From the NCBI GenBank assembly GCA_005191425.1, contig SUPR01000124.1, positions 1-8,356 of the forward strand: a stretch of DNA of 8,356 bases, in the 5' to 3' direction. The notes under the pieces were generated by a model. The model did no database searches, was not told where the DNA came from, and saw only the letters and a list, made by a program, of their open reading frames with translations. This DNA comes from Candidatus Helarchaeota ASGARD archaeon Hel_GB_B (GTDB lineage Archaea > Asgardarchaeota > Lokiarchaeia > Helarchaeales > HEL-GB-B). The position numbers and the translations under genes are program-made. Every line of letters begins with the position of its first letter. Position 1 is the stretch's first letter. This document shows positions 6,301-8,356 of the stretch, piece after piece.

Positions 6301-7524
6301 ATGAAAAAGGGTATTTTAATTGATTCAGAAGAATTTCAAAATTACGATTTTGGGCCACAACATCCACTTACTCCAAAAAGGCTACAATTGGCAAGAAAGT
6401 TAATAGAAGATTTTAACCTATTAGATAACGATAATGGTAGTTTAGAAGAAGCGAGATATGCAACAGATGACGAAGTAGGCTTAATTCATGGTGATAGATA
6501 TATTAAAGTTCTTAAAGAAGTTTCCGACCCAAATTATCGAGGTGGGCCTGTATGGGAATATGGGTTAGGGCCTGGCGATAATCCTATTTTCCCAAATATG
6601 TATGAGTCTTCTTGTTTATATGTTGGAGGGTCATTAATAGCGGCTGATTTGGTAATGAAAGGAGAAACTGATCATGCTTTTAATATAAGTGGGGGACTAC
6701 ACCATGCAATGGGCTCCAAAGCATTGAATGCAGATGGCCAGACTGTTAGCACAGGGCGTGGTGATAGCGCCTCTGGATTCTGTATACTAAATGATTGCGC
6801 AATTACTGCAGCATATATAATTAAAAATTATGGTGCTAAAAAAATAGCATATTTAGATGTGGACGCACATGCTGGCGATGGAATGTCATATATTTATTAT
6901 AAATTACCTAATGTATTAACAATTTCCATCCATCAACACCCAAGAACATTATTTCCAGGCACTTGTTATTTAGAAGAAGTAGGTGAAGGCGAAGGTGAAG
7001 GGTACTGCGTATTTATTCCCGTCACTCCTTATACATTTGATGAACCTTATTTAAAAATTCTAAATGAAACCGTAGGTCCTATTATCAAATCCTATAAACC
7101 TGATGTACTTATTACCCAACTGGGTGTAGATACTCATTATTCTGACCAATTAACAATGATGGCGCTATCTATTTCAGCTTATCAAAAAATGTCTAAATTT
7201 ATGCATAAATTAGTACACAAGGCATGTAATGGAAAGTGGGTTGCTTTAGGTGGCGGCGGATATTCCCCAGATGTAGTTGGGAAAGCTTGGACTCTATATT
7301 TCTCAGAAATGTGTGAAAAACAAGAAGAACTTCCTGACGAAGTCCCTCAGTCATGGATCGATTATTGTAGAACATTAACTGGAAGAACTCCTGATAAGAA
7401 AATTGTCGATGATTTTGACCCAATCAAACGTTTAGGAAAAGAAAATTATGAAAAAATTATTCAAGTAAATGATGAATTGATTGATTCAATAAAAGAAAAG
7501 ATTTTCCCATACTTTAAATTATAA
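6301..7524 (+). CDS. Zn-dependent histone deacetylase family protein (AcuC / class I-like lysine deacylase)
   Basis: HPLTPKR, YGLGPGDNPIF, GGLHHA (His dyad), SGFC, DVDAH and QLGVDTH (Zn ligands), SIHQ..FPGT, LGGGGY (catalytic Tyr) are all intact. Confidence 0.95.
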   Translation: MKKGILIDSEEFQNYDFGPQHPLTPKRLQLARKLIEDFNLLDNDNGSLEEARYATDDEVGLIHGDRYIKVLKEVSDPNYRGGPVWEYGLGPGDNPIFPNMYESSCLYVGGSLIAADLVMKGETDHAFNISGGLHHAMGSKALNADGQTVSTGRGDSASGFCILNDCAITAAYIIKNYGAKKIAYLDVDAHAGDGMSYIYYKLPNVLTISIHQHPRTLFPGTCYLEEVGEGEGEGYCVFIPVTPYTFDEPYLKILNETVGPIIKSYKPDVLITQLGVDTHYSDQLTMMALSISAYQKMSKFMHKLVHKACNGKWVALGGGGYSPDVVGKAWTLYFSEMCEKQEELPDEVPQSWIDYCRTLTGRTPDKKIVDDFDPIKRLGKENYEKIIQVNDELIDSIKEKIFPYFKL

Positions 7525-7540
7525 TTCCTATTAATATCTA

Positions 7541-7550
7541 TCTTTTTTTG
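7541..7550 (+). terminator. Putative archaeal oligo(T) terminator
   Basis: TCTTTTTTTG, with a T7 run starting 19 nt after the deacetylase stop and further T-rich tracts downstream. Confidence 0.4.
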
Positions 7551-7783
7551 TATTTGAATTTAAAACCATTTTATTTTTTTAATATTAAGTTTGACCAATA
7601 CTATTTTACTAATTTTGTGTTATTTTAAAAAAATTTCAACCAAAATTATGTTTAGTTCATAATCTGAAAAGTTTAAAAAAATTTAAATTAAATCAAAGTA
7701 TTTAGATACATAGATATAAAACAAAAAAAATAAATTTTTATTTTTTATTAAAGAATGAAATATCTGAAAAAGAAGGAATGGCG

Positions 7784-8356
7784 ATGGAATCTAAAAAAAA
7801 TGAAGTTTTGGTTAATAAAATTGAAATAATTGAGATATTGCCTTGTTTTACTACTCCTGGCTATATCCGATTTATAGCTCAAGCTGATAATCGTTTGGAC
7901 GATGTTATTCCTATAATTTTTTTAAGCAATCCGATAGGAAAATCCAATTATGCTATTAAAGAAAACACGCTTACTATTAGATTATCTGACAAAATTTCTG
8001 ATCACAATGTAACCTTTTTTCCATCTGGAAAAATCGGAGTTACTAATACAAGAGATAAAGATGCAGCTCAAGAGGTTATCAAGATTATTAAAGAAATGAT
8101 AAACAATGCTTATAAAGAATATTTAATAAATGGACGACCTTCTGAGAAAGAATTGATTGATATCAAAAAAATTTCATGGATGGACCTTTATAAATATCTC
8201 CCCAAGACAAATTGTGGTAAATGTGGGTTTCAAGCATGTTCGGCGTTTGCAATAAATGTATTACAAGGTGATTCAAAACTAGCTCAATGTGTATTATTAA
8301 ATGATCCTAAATATTCAAAAAATCTTGAAAAACTTAAAAAGAGATTTGGAAAAATT
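7784..8356 (+). CDS. Partial (3'-truncated) Fe-S-binding protein: N-terminal TBP-like segment plus C-terminal CX2CX4CX16C Fe-S motif (COG4871-like, from memory)
   Basis: Open frame from ATG 7778/7784 to the window end with no stop, absent from the ORF track: MESKKNEVLVNKIEIIEILPCFTTPGYIRF...FFPSGKIGVTN...LYKYLPKTNCGKCGFQACSAFAINVLQGDSKLAQC...KRFGKI. AAGGA SD at 7773-7777 favours ATG 7784. Confidence 0.88.
   Translation, partial: MESKKNEVLVNKIEIIEILPCFTTPGYIRFIAQADNRLDDVIPIIFLSNPIGKSNYAIKENTLTIRLSDKISDHNVTFFPSGKIGVTNTRDKDAAQEVIKIIKEMINNAYKEYLINGRPSEKELIDIKKISWMDLYKYLPKTNCGKCGFQACSAFAINVLQGDSKLAQCVLLNDPKYSKNLEKLKKRFGKI

Noticed and set aside
6709-6768. Deacetylase insert as an archaeal BHB intron or intein remnant
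   Set aside because: It is in frame with no stops, there is no convincing bulge-helix-bulge, and it is far too short for an intein and lacks its motifs.
7199-7423. 74-aa minus-strand ORF
   Set aside because: Antisense shadow of the deacetylase.
7725-7746. AAAAAATAAA-TT-TTTATTTTTT palindrome
   Set aside because: A/T homopolymer-based and not distinguishable from background.
7755-7829. Short out-of-frame ORF (MKYLKKKEWRWNLKKMKFWLIKLK) overlapping the last gene's start
   Set aside because: 24 aa, with no SD or homology support; the long frame explains the region.

Overview
AT-rich archaeal chromosomal window, probably Asgard/Lokiarchaeia-like. That placement is an inference from the long 23-aa LRR protein, archaeal-type GGTGA/GGAG ribosome-binding sites, a TATA-like box and a four-subunit oxidoreductase. 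Gene order: fdhD (+); kptA/Tpt1 RNA 2'-phosphotransferase with an extra N-terminal C2H2-like zinc motif (+); an LRR protein with about 18 repeats (+); a converging, tightly coupled delta-alpha-beta-gamma 2-oxoacid:ferredoxin oxidoreductase operon (-); a divergently transcribed AcuC/class I-like Zn-dependent deacetylase with a roughly 16-aa active-site loop insertion (+); and a 3'-truncated ORF missing from the ORF track, which joins a TBP-like segment to a CX2CX4CX16C Fe-S motif (+). No RNA genes, CRISPR arrays or transposases were seen. The most unusual part is the Zn-finger kptA: it is bracketed by a 16/17-nt direct repeat spanning its own start codon and the in-frame LRR start codon.
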